The notes: a model not told the origin generated them from the sequence alone. Positions 1 through 10,683 are shown, numbered from the stretch's first letter. The stretch: DNA of 64,000 nt from Methanomassiliicoccales archaeon (GCA_030612505.1 JAUWNU010000001.1:1233-65232), one strand, 5' to 3'. Program-made: numbers and translations.

Positions 1-1
1 C

Positions 2-1579
2 GGCTCGGAGATTGCCACGGCCAGTCCCGCAGAGACCATGACATTTACTTTGAGTCAGCAGCATCTGTCGGAGGGCAATGAGAGATCCTACACCGTCCAG
101 GCAGACATCATTGGCTCGGCCATCGAGGGGCGGACCCTGGGGGCCTGCGTTGTCTCTCCTGAAGACATTGTGCTTACGCAAGGGGTTCTCTGGCAGAATA
201 CCCTCACCTGTCCCTATGACCTTGGGTACATTGTTTCTGTGCCGCCGGGTCTTGTCATTGACGGGGGATTCTCGGACTGGGTCACAAGAGACGAGATTGA
301 TCAAATTAACGAGGGGAGCGTCGGCAAGTCCAGCAGGGTTGACATAGAGGACTTTGGAGCGGTTGATGATGGTTCAGGCATTTTCCTTCATTTCTCCACA
401 GTCAGCAATGTACTGGCTGGCGGCCTTATTCCCCACGCGAACAATATCCGGGCGCCGGGAGAAGATACAAGCACAGAACCTTCTGATCCTTCAAACATTG
501 ATTCTGACAGGGACGGCATTCCAGATGCAGAGGAGCAAGCCGGTTACGAGCATGACTTCAATAATGATGGAATACCAGACCAGGAAAGCAGGGTTGACGG
601 CAGGCCGGATGTTGATGCAGATGGCATTGCAGATTATCCCCATGGAGACGATGAATGGCTGGTGTGGGAAGAGAACGGCCAGGTGCTGGCCGAGATATTT
701 ATAGGAGGGGTTGAGAAGCCCCAAGTAACCGGCGAAGATACCGCCAGAATTTACATTGATTCAGATGGCTTGGTAAATACTGGATATTCAATAGGCGGAA
801 TAGGAGCCGACAGAATGGTGGAATTCATTGGAAAACACGGAAAGGTGAACCAGGCAAGCTACAATATATTCGCCGGCAGCCATTCAGGAGTCTGGAACTG
901 GACATTCCTGGAAGAGCCAGCATACATGAAGGACACCAATGAAATTGAAGCTTATGTGACCATTAACACTGGAGCAAGCCCAACGGTATGGTTCGAGGTG
1001 GTAGCCTGGAATGATGACAGGGATGAATCTGATGAGAATATCAATGCGGTTCTGATCACTTACGGCGTCAGGTCAGGGAGCGGTGATGAACTCATGGCGC
1101 CTTCATGGCCGGTAACGGTATATGGCGTGGTATCAAATACAACCGGACCAGCACCGGACGGAACCTGGGTAACGATTGTGGTCAAGGATGGCGGAGGCAC
1201 GCCTGTCGCTTGGTACAATACAACAACATCGACCACTTACGGGGTCCAAGGAAGATTCGTAAAATCCACTATAACAGTTCAGGACGGGTGGACTATCGAG
1301 CTCAATGTGTCCTATGATTGGGAGGGAACCACCTACACTGGCACAAACAGCACCACAGCATCCAGCGGTACTTATGCCTATAATGTGGATGTGAACACAA
1401 CGTCTGTAGTCATTCCGGAATTTGATGCAATCATAGTTCCAATTTTGATGTTTATTCCAATAATAATCATTACTGGCCGTAGGAAGCGCCAGTTATCTGA
1501 AAGAGCAGGCCAAGGCCCGTACAAACAAATAAGTAATACCAATAACAATGTTATTAAGTTAAAGGAGGAAAGAATATGA
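2..1579 (+). CDS. Surface protein, probably 5'-partial (frame is open to the window start, no signal peptide at Met38). It has Asp-rich thrombospondin-type-3-like Ca-binding motifs and a C-terminal TM anchor followed by basic residues.
   Basis: Repeated DxDxDGxxD motifs (DSDRDGIPDAEE, NNDGIPDQ, DVDADGIADYP). Hydrophobic C-terminal helix IVPILMFIPIIIITG followed by RRKRQ. No in-frame stop between position 2 and 38. Confidence 0.55.
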   Translation, partial: GSEIATASPAETMTFTLSQQHLSEGNERSYTVQADIIGSAIEGRTLGACVVSPEDIVLTQGVLWQNTLTCPYDLGYIVSVPPGLVIDGGFSDWVTRDEIDQINEGSVGKSSRVDIEDFGAVDDGSGIFLHFSTVSNVLAGGLIPHANNIRAPGEDTSTEPSDPSNIDSDRDGIPDAEEQAGYEHDFNNDGIPDQESRVDGRPDVDADGIADYPHGDDEWLVWEENGQVLAEIFIGGVEKPQVTGEDTARIYIDSDGLVNTGYSIGGIGADRMVEFIGKHGKVNQASYNIFAGSHSGVWNWTFLEEPAYMKDTNEIEAYVTINTGASPTVWFEVVAWNDDRDESDENINAVLITYGVRSGSGDELMAPSWPVTVYGVVSNTTGPAPDGTWVTIVVKDGGGTPVAWYNTTTSTTYGVQGRFVKSTITVQDGWTIELNVSYDWEGTTYTGTNSTTASSGTYAYNVDVNTTSVVIPEFDAIIVPILMFIPIIIITGRRKRQLSERAGQGPYKQISNTNNNVIKLKEERI

Positions 1580-1959
1580 AAACAACACCCACAAGTAAGC
1601 CAGTTGGAGGGATGTTACAAGTGGAGACGGGAAAGATGTACACCAAGGCTATTAACCGATTTGTTGAAAACATCAAACATGGAAATCACATCGAGAAAAT
1701 AGTATTGTTTGGCAGTGTGGGGAGAGGGAGTGCGCGCGTGGGAAGTGATGTAGATATTCTTGTAATCGGCAAAGATGCCAAAAGAATAAGAAAAAGTGTG
1801 ATAGGCGCCGCCTCAAAAATCTTATTCGAGGAAGGCATAATCGTTGAATGTATTGTGGTGAACCGACAGGAGTATGAACAGAATAAAAAGTACAACCCTG
1901 CGTTTTATGAAGAAACCAACAAAGGGAGGATATTGTATGAACGAGCACCAGCATCTTAA
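1576..1959 (+). CDS. Minimal nucleotidyltransferase (MNT), antitoxin-type partner of the downstream HEPN gene
   Basis: Motif LFGSVGRGSARVGSDVDILV (GS-x9-13-DxD polymerase-beta-type NT fold). GGAGG RBS at 1564-1568. Overlaps the downstream HEPN gene. Confidence 0.8.
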   Translation: MKTTPTSKPVGGMLQVETGKMYTKAINRFVENIKHGNHIEKIVLFGSVGRGSARVGSDVDILVIGKDAKRIRKSVIGAASKILFEEGIIVECIVVNRQEYEQNKKYNPAFYEETNKGRILYERAPAS

Positions 1960-2320
1960 GAAGGCAAGAGAAAAATTAAGAGCTGCAGAAGTTCTGTTTG
2001 ACAGCGATCTATTAGAGGATGCCGCCTCCCGGGCATATTATGCAATGTTTCATGCAGCAAAGGAATATCTCCTTACAAAAGGAGAAAAACCAAGAACCCA
2101 TAGAGGTGTTATCAGCCTGATGTATGATTGGGCGAAAAAGGATGATAACCTTTCTGAAGATTCAATGAAAAGCCTGATGTCTGGCCTTCAGATAAGACTC
2201 GTTTCAGATTACGATATCAAATCCACCCTGGGCAAAGATGAAGTGGAAGAGCTTTTGGACAGTTCCAGGGAATTTGTAGATTATATATGTACTGTCTTGG
2301 AGGTGAATGGTAATGATTAA
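1937..2320 (+). CDS. HEPN domain protein (toxin-type partner of the MNT); start taken at the internal Met MNEHQHL
   Basis: HEPN-like helical signature AASRAYYAMFHAAKEYLLTKGEKPRTHRGV (R-x-x-x-H region). Tandem with and overlapping the MNT gene. Confidence 0.75.
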   Translation: MNEHQHLKKAREKLRAAEVLFDSDLLEDAASRAYYAMFHAAKEYLLTKGEKPRTHRGVISLMYDWAKKDDNLSEDSMKSLMSGLQIRLVSDYDIKSTLGKDEVEELLDSSREFVDYICTVLEVNGND

Positions 2321-2387
2321 TGTTTCTATTGATGCTACAAATGTCCTCAAAAGATATTTAAAGGGGAGAATACAATATAATAAAACA

Positions 2388-2395
2388 AAAGAGGT
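2388..2395 (+). promoter_or_regulatory. Shine-Dalgarno site GAGGTGAG, 7 nt upstream of the FG-GAP protein start. Similar GGAGG sites precede the starts at 1576, 8392 and 10390.
   Basis: Complementary to the archaeal 16S 3' end CCUCC. Recurs at consistent spacing before several genes. Confidence 0.6.
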
Positions 2396-2401
2396 GAGAA
2401 G

Positions 2402-5400
2402 ATGAAATTCAGCACTGACCGGTGGGCGGTCAAATTAGTGAGCTTTGTTATCGTACTATCCATGGTATGCATGACTGCACTGCCATTGGCAACAGGGGAC
2501 GACCTGTTCGAGATTGCCAGTGGTGAAGGTGACTCTGGAGCCGGCACCACATCAAATTTTGGATGGAATGTATCCAAAGCAGGAGACGTGAATGGTGACG
2601 GCATTGATGATTTCATTGTTGGAGCCCCTAATGCGGATTATCTGGCTGTTACAGACTGCGGTGCCGCTTTTATCTACTTTGGATATGACGGTATTCAGGA
2701 CGCTGATTTGAATGCCAGCAATGCCAATGTTTCAATTTACGGTACAGCAGCCAGCGGTCATTTCGGCTGGGATGTGGCCGATGCAGGAGATGTCAATGGC
2801 GGTAATGTTGACATCATAATCGGTGAGCCAGATAATGGAAATGGCAAGGCTTACATTTACTATGGCTCTGGTGCCATGAGTGCGACCATGACCACGGCAG
2901 ATGCCGATGTGACAATAACAGGGGAGGCCAGTGGCGATGATTTTGGAAAAGCAGGACCAGGGGCGGGGAATACCGACGACTCTGGAAATGCCGATGTGAT
3001 TGTGGGAGCGCCGGAGGCAGATTCTGCCAAGGGAGCGGCCTACATTTTCTATGATAGCTCCATGGCTGCAGCAATTGCTGCCGGGAATGCAGATGTTATC
3101 ATGAATGGAAAACATACAGATGGAAAATTCGGCAGTTCTGTTTCATCTGCTGGTAACACGGATGGAGTTGGCGGCACAGAGGTTGTTATAGGGGAGCCTG
3201 GTAGTGATCGGGCATATGTCTATTATCCACCATCTGACCAGACCGCCAATGCCGATGACCCAGTATTTGGGACAGTGGGCAATGATTATACCTACACCCA
3301 GTCGAGTAATAATGGTTATGAGATAATCGAGGAGGAAGCTGGCGCAGGTGGCAGAGTGGATCTATGGGGAACTCATGATATGACAACAGGAATACCTACC
3401 GGATGGTCAGATTATGATGCTGGTGGTTCGGTCAGTGCAAACACATGGTTCGCTCTGGCAGCCCCAACAACCCCGCCGACACAGGGAGATGCTCCAGTTA
3501 TCTGGATAAACTGGGAATTACCGTATAATAATAGAGCACTGGAAACAGAGGCATTTGACTTCGCCACTTACTCGGGTGTGGAAATGAATTTCGAGCACTT
3601 CATGAACGCTGCCTATTTAGATGACTTGCATCTCGAATGGGACAATACTGGAGGAGGTGCTGGTGGAACATGGAACCTGATACAGACATGGACTGCTGAC
3701 GGTACATGGACTGACTGGACAATTCGAAACGCCATTGACTGCAGTGCAGTTGATGGATTGAGCGATGTGCGATTCAGGTTCAGGTATGAGGCGACAGACG
3801 GTAACAGCAACGGAATAGACTACGTAAAAGTGACTGGCAATGAACCAACCACAAGCAAATTAGAACACAAATGGACAATCCCTGTAACCACAGGCGGCAC
3901 GTTCTACATCGAAGCCAATAGAACAGATAAGCTCGAAGGGGATACATTAAACTTCTATTACTCGCTCACAGGCACTGGCACAGTGGGAGATACTGGTGCA
4001 GGATGGGTATCGATGATGAGCCAAATCACGATTCCCACAAATGGTGACCCGAACAGCTACCAGACTTATTCCGATTCAACCCTGGACACTTTCACTGGCA
4101 CGTTATATATCGGTGTTGTTGACGCAGACAGAACAAGTGGACTAACATTGAAGGATGTGCTCTGTGTGGACCATATGTTTGTTCGGGGAATACCATTCAA
4201 GGAGCTTGTGGGTGAAAGAATAACACAGAACACAGATTATACGGCGACGGCGGATTCTGCGGTATCTGGAACAGTAACTCCCTCGACAGATGGTTACCAG
4301 AAAACCCAGGCCACAGATGATGATTATGAATCAATACAGGAAATATCTGTTGCAGCCACATACGACTATGATTATACCACAGACGAATGGTTTACCCAGT
4401 CTGACTCACACACGAACGACCACACAGCCACGCAGGTGCAGGGTGGCAATACAGAGGATATTGTTGAGCTGAGTGTACCTGGTGCCCCTGTACCTACCAC
4501 TGAAACCAGATATATGAGAGGCGACCAGCACACGATCAATACCTTGACAGCTTACCAGCTCGGGACCACGCAGTCCTCCACAGCCCGATCGAGCCTCCTT
4601 GAGCAAACCGGGGCTGGTGGTGGCACAGTTAACTGGGGAATCAGAGTGTGGGGGATAGATAGCGACGGCACCGAGACGGAAATTACATCGGGAACGCCTG
4701 TTGCTCAAGTGAGCAGGGCGACAGCTGGTGAGGGTATACAGTCCAACACCTGGGCCTGCCCCCAGACAGGTATAACTGACACTGACGCCATCGTTGTCAG
4801 AGTTTACGCTGAACTCTCTGGTGTGATAGCCTGGACTGAGCAAGCCGAATTTATCAGTGAGCAATTGGGAGCAACCTTATTAGAGGATGTCACTTGGACA
4901 GTTTATTACTATACCCAGTATGCCACAGTAAGTGGTGGTGCCCCTGGTGGTAGATATACAAGAGGGTGGTTCCATTGGGGAGATGCCGCACACGACTCCA
5001 GGATAGATAACTTCGTGTGGAGCGTTCCTGGCCCAGCTCACTACAGCCTCGAGCAAAAATGGCAGTTCACTGATACGCCTTTGGCAGCTTCGCAATATGA
5101 ATTCCATGCCTTTGTAGGTTGGGATGGTGCTGGTGCTGGAGATGACACATTTGAATACTGGTATTCAACAACAGGCGCAGATCCTGTGGGGGGTGCAGGC
5201 TGGACCCTTATGTTCACTGACTCAACCTCAGCTGTAAACGAGCAGACCTTCGACCTTGACAATGATGGGTATACTGGAGGAGCCTTATATGTCGGGGTTA
5301 TTGACACCGATAGCTCAGGCGATGGTCAAGACACGCTGATTGTTGATTATTTGTATGTGGAAACAGTAATCACACCAGCTTATTCGTCATTAGAACATAA

Positions 5401-8383
5401 ATGGACCTTCGCAGGTGTCACGGCAGGAACCGATACAACATTCTATCTCGAAGCCTATCGCACCAATCTGGATGCCGAGAACATGGAATTCTATTACTCG
5501 ACTTCAGGAAGCGGAAGTGTAAGCACCTGGACACCGATGTTTGATGTGACAGCTACATCAGATCCAGGCCCCCCTGGCCAAACATTTTCAGATGCAATTC
5601 TGGATGCATATACTGGTACGCTCTATGTCGGTGTAATAGATGCCTCATCTGGAGATACAAATCAGGACACAATTTACATTGACCACATGTATTTCAGGGC
5701 ATCTGGCTCAGCATTACCATCGGATTTCGGATTTGATGTTGCCAACATGGGCAATATAAATGACGATGGCAGTGGCACGCCGGACATAGCGATAACCGAC
5801 CCAACTGGCAATAATGGATATACCTATATTTGGGAAGACGGCAATTTCGAAGGCTCATCATCAAGGGAAGATACAGATTTGGCACATTTCACAGCATCTG
5901 GAAGCAGTCTGGCGGACGGAAGCAATCCGAGTAATAACATATTTGCCACATCTGGTGGGGACTTGAATTTGAGTGCTAATATAATCTTTGAAGATGATTT
6001 TGAGGATGACTTTGCAGGGCAGGACCCAGATGATCCACCATGGGGCATACCCACAGAAGACGCTGGTACGAATGTAGAGATAAGCGGCACTGTGAGTCAA
6101 GGTGGTTCTCAGTCCATGATGCTTGACGATGATGCAAGTGCTGATACAACTGGATGTAGCATCGTATCCGATAATTTTGCAGCTACAACGGCAGGTGTGA
6201 TAGAATTCTGGGCCAGATGCACTGACCAGGTAAGCGCCAGTGAACAGTTTGTCATATCCGCCAGAAGTGGTACAACTGATGCAATCCTGGTTGGATTCAT
6301 GGAAGATAGTTTCTGTTATGAGATCGGTACTACAGTCACAATATTTGGTTCATATACACAAAGCCAGTGGTATCATTTTAAGCTTGTATTCGATGCCGCA
6401 ACAGTTACATATGATTATTACATAGATGATGTTTTGAGGTGGGATGATCTTGATTTTACAAATGCTGTGGCTAGCATCAACAACATTGAGATCACAACAA
6501 AACCTTTCAATTTTGTTCCTGATCGTGGTGCCACTCAAGCACTGGGCTACATAGATGATATAATAATATATGAGCCATATGACACCCCAGGCTATTACAC
6601 ATCGTCAACGACCACAGCACCTGGTTACATAACAGCTGTTAAACCATTTTGGAATCTTACAACCCCCGGCGGAACCACAGCCTGGCTCAACATATCAAGG
6701 GATGGCGGCATAACATGGAATCAAAGTGCTTTGACAAATGGCTATTGGTACACCTTCCCAAGTGAGGGTATTGGCAAGGAGCTGTGCTATAAAATTGAGA
6801 TGTCAACCACCAATACCATCACCCCAGTTTTGCAGGATGTCACTCTCTATTACAAATATTGCACACCCGCGAGTATTACATTCACTGGAACTGGTTCTGG
6901 AGACAAGTTCGGCTTCTCGGCAGCTTCAGCTGGAGACATTGATGGTGATGGCATCGATGATTTACTGGTCGGGGCACCTTATAATGATACTGCCGACGGC
7001 ACCAACCCAAATGGCGGGGGCGTATTCGCCTTCTGCGGCGGAGCCTATTTATCTGGCACGATTAGCGCCAGCAATGCCAATTACACCTTCTATGGCGGTA
7101 CAGCAGGTGATATGCTGGGCTATTCAGTTGGAACGATTGGCAACTTCAACAGCCACGGTAATGATGATGTAATAGTCGGAATACCGTTCAACAATTCCAA
7201 TGCTGGCTCTGCGATTGCGCTTTCCATCGCACTGCCAATGAAGACTGCGGTATCCTTCACAGTCGAAGAGCACGGCCTTGAGCCAGAAGCCAAAGTAAAT
7301 ATATCCTGGACAAAGGTAAACGGAGCCACAAAATACAATATTTACCGCTCCGATACTCCGTGGGGATTTGACTTTGGCACACCCGATGCCACTGTGGACG
7401 CGCCAGCCCTTTCATGGGTGGATACAAATGCTCCCAGGAACACTGCCAACCCTCACAACGCCACTTCGTATTATTATGCGGTAAGGGCGGAGAATGCGCT
7501 GGCCGAGAAAGGTCCGTACAAGATATTTGCCATTCACAGGATGGACCTGGTGGACCAATGGAATTTCATCACCTGGTTGTCCAATGAGACCATGGACATT
7601 GAAACTGAAGCATTTGCCAATTTGGAGGCTGATGATGGAGCCAACCCCACCACATTCATTTACGACAAAGTTGAGAGATGGGACCCGGCTAGCCAGGCTG
7701 ATTGGGAATCTTATACCACAGACGGCGATCTCGGCCCCTTCTCTGACATGGCGCCTGGTTATGCCTATGCCATCAATTGCCGGGTTGACGCGGTCTGGAC
7801 TTACGTTGAGGACTGCGGTGTTCCATCCATCTCCACCGCAGATGATTCAGCTCTGGCCGCACCCGGGAGCTTCACGCTGGCGAGGAACGGTGCGAATCCA
7901 AGCCATGTGGACCTCAGCTGGAATACTGTGGCAACCGCAGACCATTACAATATCTACCGCTCTTTCACAAAGTGGGGCTTTGATTTCAACAACCCGATCC
8001 ACAGCACTGCCGACGGTGCGGTGACCAGCTGGACAGATACCACATCCACCCAGGAGAACGGGGCCTACAATGCATCTGTTTATTACTATATCATAAGAAC
8101 CGTGGATGCCAGTGGAGATATCGAGAAGAACCTGAATGCCGCCGCCATGCACAGAATGGACTTCAGGAACGGAATCAACTACATGAGCTGGACACCACAC
8201 GAGACAGTGTCGGAGGAAACGGCACTGGCAAGCCTTGTTCCCTTTGTCGATTACATCTCGGTGGAGCAATGGGATGAATCGACCCAGGTCTTTAACCCGG
8301 CGGTAGCCAACTTCGAAAGGGGATATGGATACGGGATCAATGCAATACAGGCCTGCACCTGGACATATGTAGAATATGCATGA
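2402..8383 (+). CDS. Giant secreted protein (1993 aa) with FG-GAP/integrin-alpha-like repeats, internal repeated beta-sandwich domains, and FN3-like domains at the C-terminus
   Basis: N-terminal signal/TM (KLVSFVIVLSMVCMTALPLA). At least 6 FG-GAP repeats (FGWNVSKAGDVNGDGIDDFIVGAP, FGWDVADAGDVNGGNVDIIIGEP, FGKAGPGAGNTDDSGNADVIVGAP, FGSSVSSAGNTDGVGGTEVVIGEP, FGFSAASAGDIDGDGIDDLLVGAP, LGYSVGTIGNFNSHGNDDVIVGIP). Two FN3-like modules (NISWTKVNGATKYNIYRS and DLSWNTVATADHYNIYRS). RBS GAGGTGAG at 2388-2395. Confidence 0.85.
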   Translation: MKFSTDRWAVKLVSFVIVLSMVCMTALPLATGDDLFEIASGEGDSGAGTTSNFGWNVSKAGDVNGDGIDDFIVGAPNADYLAVTDCGAAFIYFGYDGIQDADLNASNANVSIYGTAASGHFGWDVADAGDVNGGNVDIIIGEPDNGNGKAYIYYGSGAMSATMTTADADVTITGEASGDDFGKAGPGAGNTDDSGNADVIVGAPEADSAKGAAYIFYDSSMAAAIAAGNADVIMNGKHTDGKFGSSVSSAGNTDGVGGTEVVIGEPGSDRAYVYYPPSDQTANADDPVFGTVGNDYTYTQSSNNGYEIIEEEAGAGGRVDLWGTHDMTTGIPTGWSDYDAGGSVSANTWFALAAPTTPPTQGDAPVIWINWELPYNNRALETEAFDFATYSGVEMNFEHFMNAAYLDDLHLEWDNTGGGAGGTWNLIQTWTADGTWTDWTIRNAIDCSAVDGLSDVRFRFRYEATDGNSNGIDYVKVTGNEPTTSKLEHKWTIPVTTGGTFYIEANRTDKLEGDTLNFYYSLTGTGTVGDTGAGWVSMMSQITIPTNGDPNSYQTYSDSTLDTFTGTLYIGVVDADRTSGLTLKDVLCVDHMFVRGIPFKELVGERITQNTDYTATADSAVSGTVTPSTDGYQKTQATDDDYESIQEISVAATYDYDYTTDEWFTQSDSHTNDHTATQVQGGNTEDIVELSVPGAPVPTTETRYMRGDQHTINTLTAYQLGTTQSSTARSSLLEQTGAGGGTVNWGIRVWGIDSDGTETEITSGTPVAQVSRATAGEGIQSNTWACPQTGITDTDAIVVRVYAELSGVIAWTEQAEFISEQLGATLLEDVTWTVYYYTQYATVSGGAPGGRYTRGWFHWGDAAHDSRIDNFVWSVPGPAHYSLEQKWQFTDTPLAASQYEFHAFVGWDGAGAGDDTFEYWYSTTGADPVGGAGWTLMFTDSTSAVNEQTFDLDNDGYTGGALYVGVIDTDSSGDGQDTLIVDYLYVETVITPAYSSLEHKWTFAGVTAGTDTTFYLEAYRTNLDAENMEFYYSTSGSGSVSTWTPMFDVTATSDPGPPGQTFSDAILDAYTGTLYVGVIDASSGDTNQDTIYIDHMYFRASGSALPSDFGFDVANMGNINDDGSGTPDIAITDPTGNNGYTYIWEDGNFEGSSSREDTDLAHFTASGSSLADGSNPSNNIFATSGGDLNLSANIIFEDDFEDDFAGQDPDDPPWGIPTEDAGTNVEISGTVSQGGSQSMMLDDDASADTTGCSIVSDNFAATTAGVIEFWARCTDQVSASEQFVISARSGTTDAILVGFMEDSFCYEIGTTVTIFGSYTQSQWYHFKLVFDAATVTYDYYIDDVLRWDDLDFTNAVASINNIEITTKPFNFVPDRGATQALGYIDDIIIYEPYDTPGYYTSSTTTAPGYITAVKPFWNLTTPGGTTAWLNISRDGGITWNQSALTNGYWYTFPSEGIGKELCYKIEMSTTNTITPVLQDVTLYYKYCTPASITFTGTGSGDKFGFSAASAGDIDGDGIDDLLVGAPYNDTADGTNPNGGGVFAFCGGAYLSGTISASNANYTFYGGTAGDMLGYSVGTIGNFNSHGNDDVIVGIPFNNSNAGSAIALSIALPMKTAVSFTVEEHGLEPEAKVNISWTKVNGATKYNIYRSDTPWGFDFGTPDATVDAPALSWVDTNAPRNTANPHNATSYYYAVRAENALAEKGPYKIFAIHRMDLVDQWNFITWLSNETMDIETEAFANLEADDGANPTTFIYDKVERWDPASQADWESYTTDGDLGPFSDMAPGYAYAINCRVDAVWTYVEDCGVPSISTADDSALAAPGSFTLARNGANPSHVDLSWNTVATADHYNIYRSFTKWGFDFNNPIHSTADGAVTSWTDTTSTQENGAYNASVYYYIIRTVDASGDIEKNLNAAAMHRMDFRNGINYMSWTPHETVSEETALASLVPFVDYISVEQWDESTQVFNPAVANFERGYGYGINAIQACTWTYVEYA

Positions 8384-8391
8384 GGTGACCG

Positions 8392-10221
8392 ATGAGGCTC
8401 AACAGGCTTCTGTCGTTATTTGTCTTTGCTTCATTGATAGCCAGTATGGTCTTTGCTCATGTTCCGAATAATACCAGAGCAGCCCCCTTTACAATCACTG
8501 TACAGGGCAGCGTATTCAATGCCACTGGAGTGCCTGCACCAATAGGGACCGATGTGAACATCACGATTTATGACGGTGCGGTTCTCAATGGCGTATATCA
8601 AGCCAAAGTACTGGATTCCTTTGGCTTTTACTATAATGATTCGGTGAGCGCAGACAACGGCTTTATTATATCTGTCAATGCCAGCTTTGATTCCTTCTTC
8701 GATTATTCCAATGATACTGTAATGGCTGGCGATGCAAACTATGTGATCCACCTGGGCCAGGTAATTTATGGAGCCAGTATATCGGCCCCGGCAGATGATG
8801 AGGGGCTTCCAGGGACAACCATCACCTACATGTTCACTGTCGAAAACGAGGGCAATGTCAAGGACAAATATGACTTAAGTATTCTTTCACAATCCGGCTG
8901 GCCAGTATCCATAATTGATTCATATCAGACAGGTATTCTGATGCCCGGCGAAAGCGTTTTTGTAAATGTCAGCGTCACCATACCGGCGGAAGAACTGGCC
9001 CATGACACAGACACCATCACTCTGCGGGCCGAATCGGTCCTGGACCCAGGAAATGCCGGCACGGCAACGGCAACCACCACGGTACTGCTGTCTCCGGGGG
9101 TGGAGGTTATCCCGTCCCCAACAGCATCTGGCTATCCTGGCGATGCTGTCACAATGATGTTCCAGGTCAAGAATCTGGGCAACGGTCAGGATTCATTTCA
9201 CCTGACCGCTTCAATCGATGACCCGGGCTGGCAGTTCAATATGGAACCCGCCTCGGACACGGCCTTGCTGGCATCAAATAAAAGGGCATATATCAATATT
9301 ACAGTACAAGTGCCAGTAGATTCACTCTACAACGATTATGCCCTGGTCAATCTGAGGGCCGAATCCAATGCCGATTCTTCGGTCTCGGATGAGGAGGACC
9401 AGATGATAAGCACACTTCATGCCGCTGGCCTGGAATTGACAGGCCCGGACTCGGCAATCAAGGGCCACCCTGGCGGAATTGCGCAAGCCACCCTGTCATT
9501 GAAGAACACTGGCAATGGTCCGGACACCTTCACGTTCATTGTGTCCGCCACCCCCGACTGGGATCTAGATATGGCAACCGGCACCCTGGCGGGAGTCAGA
9601 TACGGTGAAGCCAGGAACTTCACTGTTGATTTAATCATTCCGACATCGGCCAGCATTGGAGAAGAGGTGGAAATCGAGGTGACGGCCAGCTCTGCCTCAG
9701 ATGCATCGAAAACCGACTCTGTCACATATATAATTCAAGTGGTTGCCAACAGGGAGCCGGTCGCCGTGATCTCATCCCCTGAGAACGGTGCAAATTACAC
9801 CACCAATGATACTATAGTCTTCAATGGTTCGGCCAGCCATGACCCGGAACACGATGAGCTGGTATTCAACTGGACATCCAGCATTGATGGAAACCTTGGC
9901 ACTTCAGCCGAATTCACTGCCAAACTCACTGCCGGAACCCACATAATCACATTGACGGTGGATGATGGCTTTGGGGGGCGCGACCAGAAAACCGTGACAA
10001 TCACGGTCACGGTGCCAGATGATTCAGGTACCCCTGGCGGCGATTCTCCGAACAACATCTACTTTTTACTGCTGGCCATAATCATAATTACCATAATTGT
10101 ATTTTTCATTGGATCCAGGTTCAGGAAAAAGCCGGAAACTGATGGCGATTATGTTGAACCGTCGGGCGACGAAGCCGAGAGAGAAAAATGGAGGAGGAAG
10201 AGAAATGCCGCCGGAGAATAA
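8392..10221 (+). CDS. Surface protein with CARDB/DUF11-like beta-sandwich repeats, a PKD-like domain and a C-terminal TM anchor
   Basis: N-terminal signal peptide. Repeats with GTTITYMFTVENEGNVKDKYDL, GDAVTMMFQVKNLGNGQDSFHL and GIAQATLSLKNTGNGPDTFTF. PKD-like FNGSASHDPEHDELVFNWTSSIDGN. C-terminal IYFLLLAIIIITIIVFFIGSRFRKK. Confidence 0.8.
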   Translation: MRLNRLLSLFVFASLIASMVFAHVPNNTRAAPFTITVQGSVFNATGVPAPIGTDVNITIYDGAVLNGVYQAKVLDSFGFYYNDSVSADNGFIISVNASFDSFFDYSNDTVMAGDANYVIHLGQVIYGASISAPADDEGLPGTTITYMFTVENEGNVKDKYDLSILSQSGWPVSIIDSYQTGILMPGESVFVNVSVTIPAEELAHDTDTITLRAESVLDPGNAGTATATTTVLLSPGVEVIPSPTASGYPGDAVTMMFQVKNLGNGQDSFHLTASIDDPGWQFNMEPASDTALLASNKRAYINITVQVPVDSLYNDYALVNLRAESNADSSVSDEEDQMISTLHAAGLELTGPDSAIKGHPGGIAQATLSLKNTGNGPDTFTFIVSATPDWDLDMATGTLAGVRYGEARNFTVDLIIPTSASIGEEVEIEVTASSASDASKTDSVTYIIQVVANREPVAVISSPENGANYTTNDTIVFNGSASHDPEHDELVFNWTSSIDGNLGTSAEFTAKLTAGTHIITLTVDDGFGGRDQKTVTITVTVPDDSGTPGGDSPNNIYFLLLAIIIITIIVFFIGSRFRKKPETDGDYVEPSGDEAEREKWRRKRNAAGE

Positions 10222-10300
10222 GAAATTCATTGAGGAGTTCATGGAATGTTGGAAGCGGTTCGAGGCCAGGGATTCGGGTGCTGGGGCGAAAGATACTTAA
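10205..10300 (+). CDS. Small ORF (31 aa, MPPENKKFIEEFMECWKRFEARDSGAGAKDT). Its 3' end is the left copy of the direct repeat flanking the HepT/MntA cassette, and it has a paralog at 11951-12031.
   Basis: ATG-initiated ORF. A C-terminal copy recurs at 11047-11130 without a start codon. Paralog MPPQGKRMSEEFLRAWLDFSTRKTNH at 11951. Confidence 0.3.
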   Translation: MPPENKKFIEEFMECWKRFEARDSGAGAKDT

Positions 10301-10310
10301 TGATGGAAAG
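10240..10310 (+). repeat. Left copy of a approx. 70-bp direct repeat flanking the mntA-hepT cassette
   Basis: GAGTTCATGGAATGTTGGAAGCGGTTCGAGGCCAGGGATTCGGGTGCTGGGGCGAAAGATACTTAATGATGG versus the 11070-11140 copy, with about 6 mismatches. Confidence 0.8.
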
Positions 10311-10389
10311 GTATATTCAATTAAACCAAATGACAGGAAATGATAAATCGCACTCATAACAATATATTTCAAGTGAAGGAGGAACGAGG

Positions 10390-10683
10390 ATGAAAAGCTT
10401 AGAAAAAATACAATCCATCTTATCTACACACAAAGAGGATATAAGGAAGAAGTATGGAGTTAAAGAGATAGGCATCTTTGGCTCCTTTGTGAGAGGTGAG
10501 CAGAAGGAAACAAGTGATGTTGATGTTCTCGTGGATTTTGAAGAAGTGCCTGATCTATTAAAGTTTATAGAGCTGGAAAGGTATCTTGAGGAACTTCTGG
10601 GCATTAAGGCGGACCTTGTGAGAAAACAGGCGATAAGGAAAGAGTTGAAGGATAGGATATTAGGGGAGGCTGGAATGGTATGA
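10390..10683 (+). CDS. mntA: MntA-type nucleotidyltransferase antitoxin
   Basis: GIFGSFVRGEQKETSDVDVLVDF NT motif. RBS GAAGGAGG at 10374-10381. 4-nt overlap with the downstream HepT gene. Confidence 0.85.
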   Translation: MKSLEKIQSILSTHKEDIRKKYGVKEIGIFGSFVRGEQKETSDVDVLVDFEEVPDLLKFIELERYLEELLGIKADLVRKQAIRKELKDRILGEAGMV

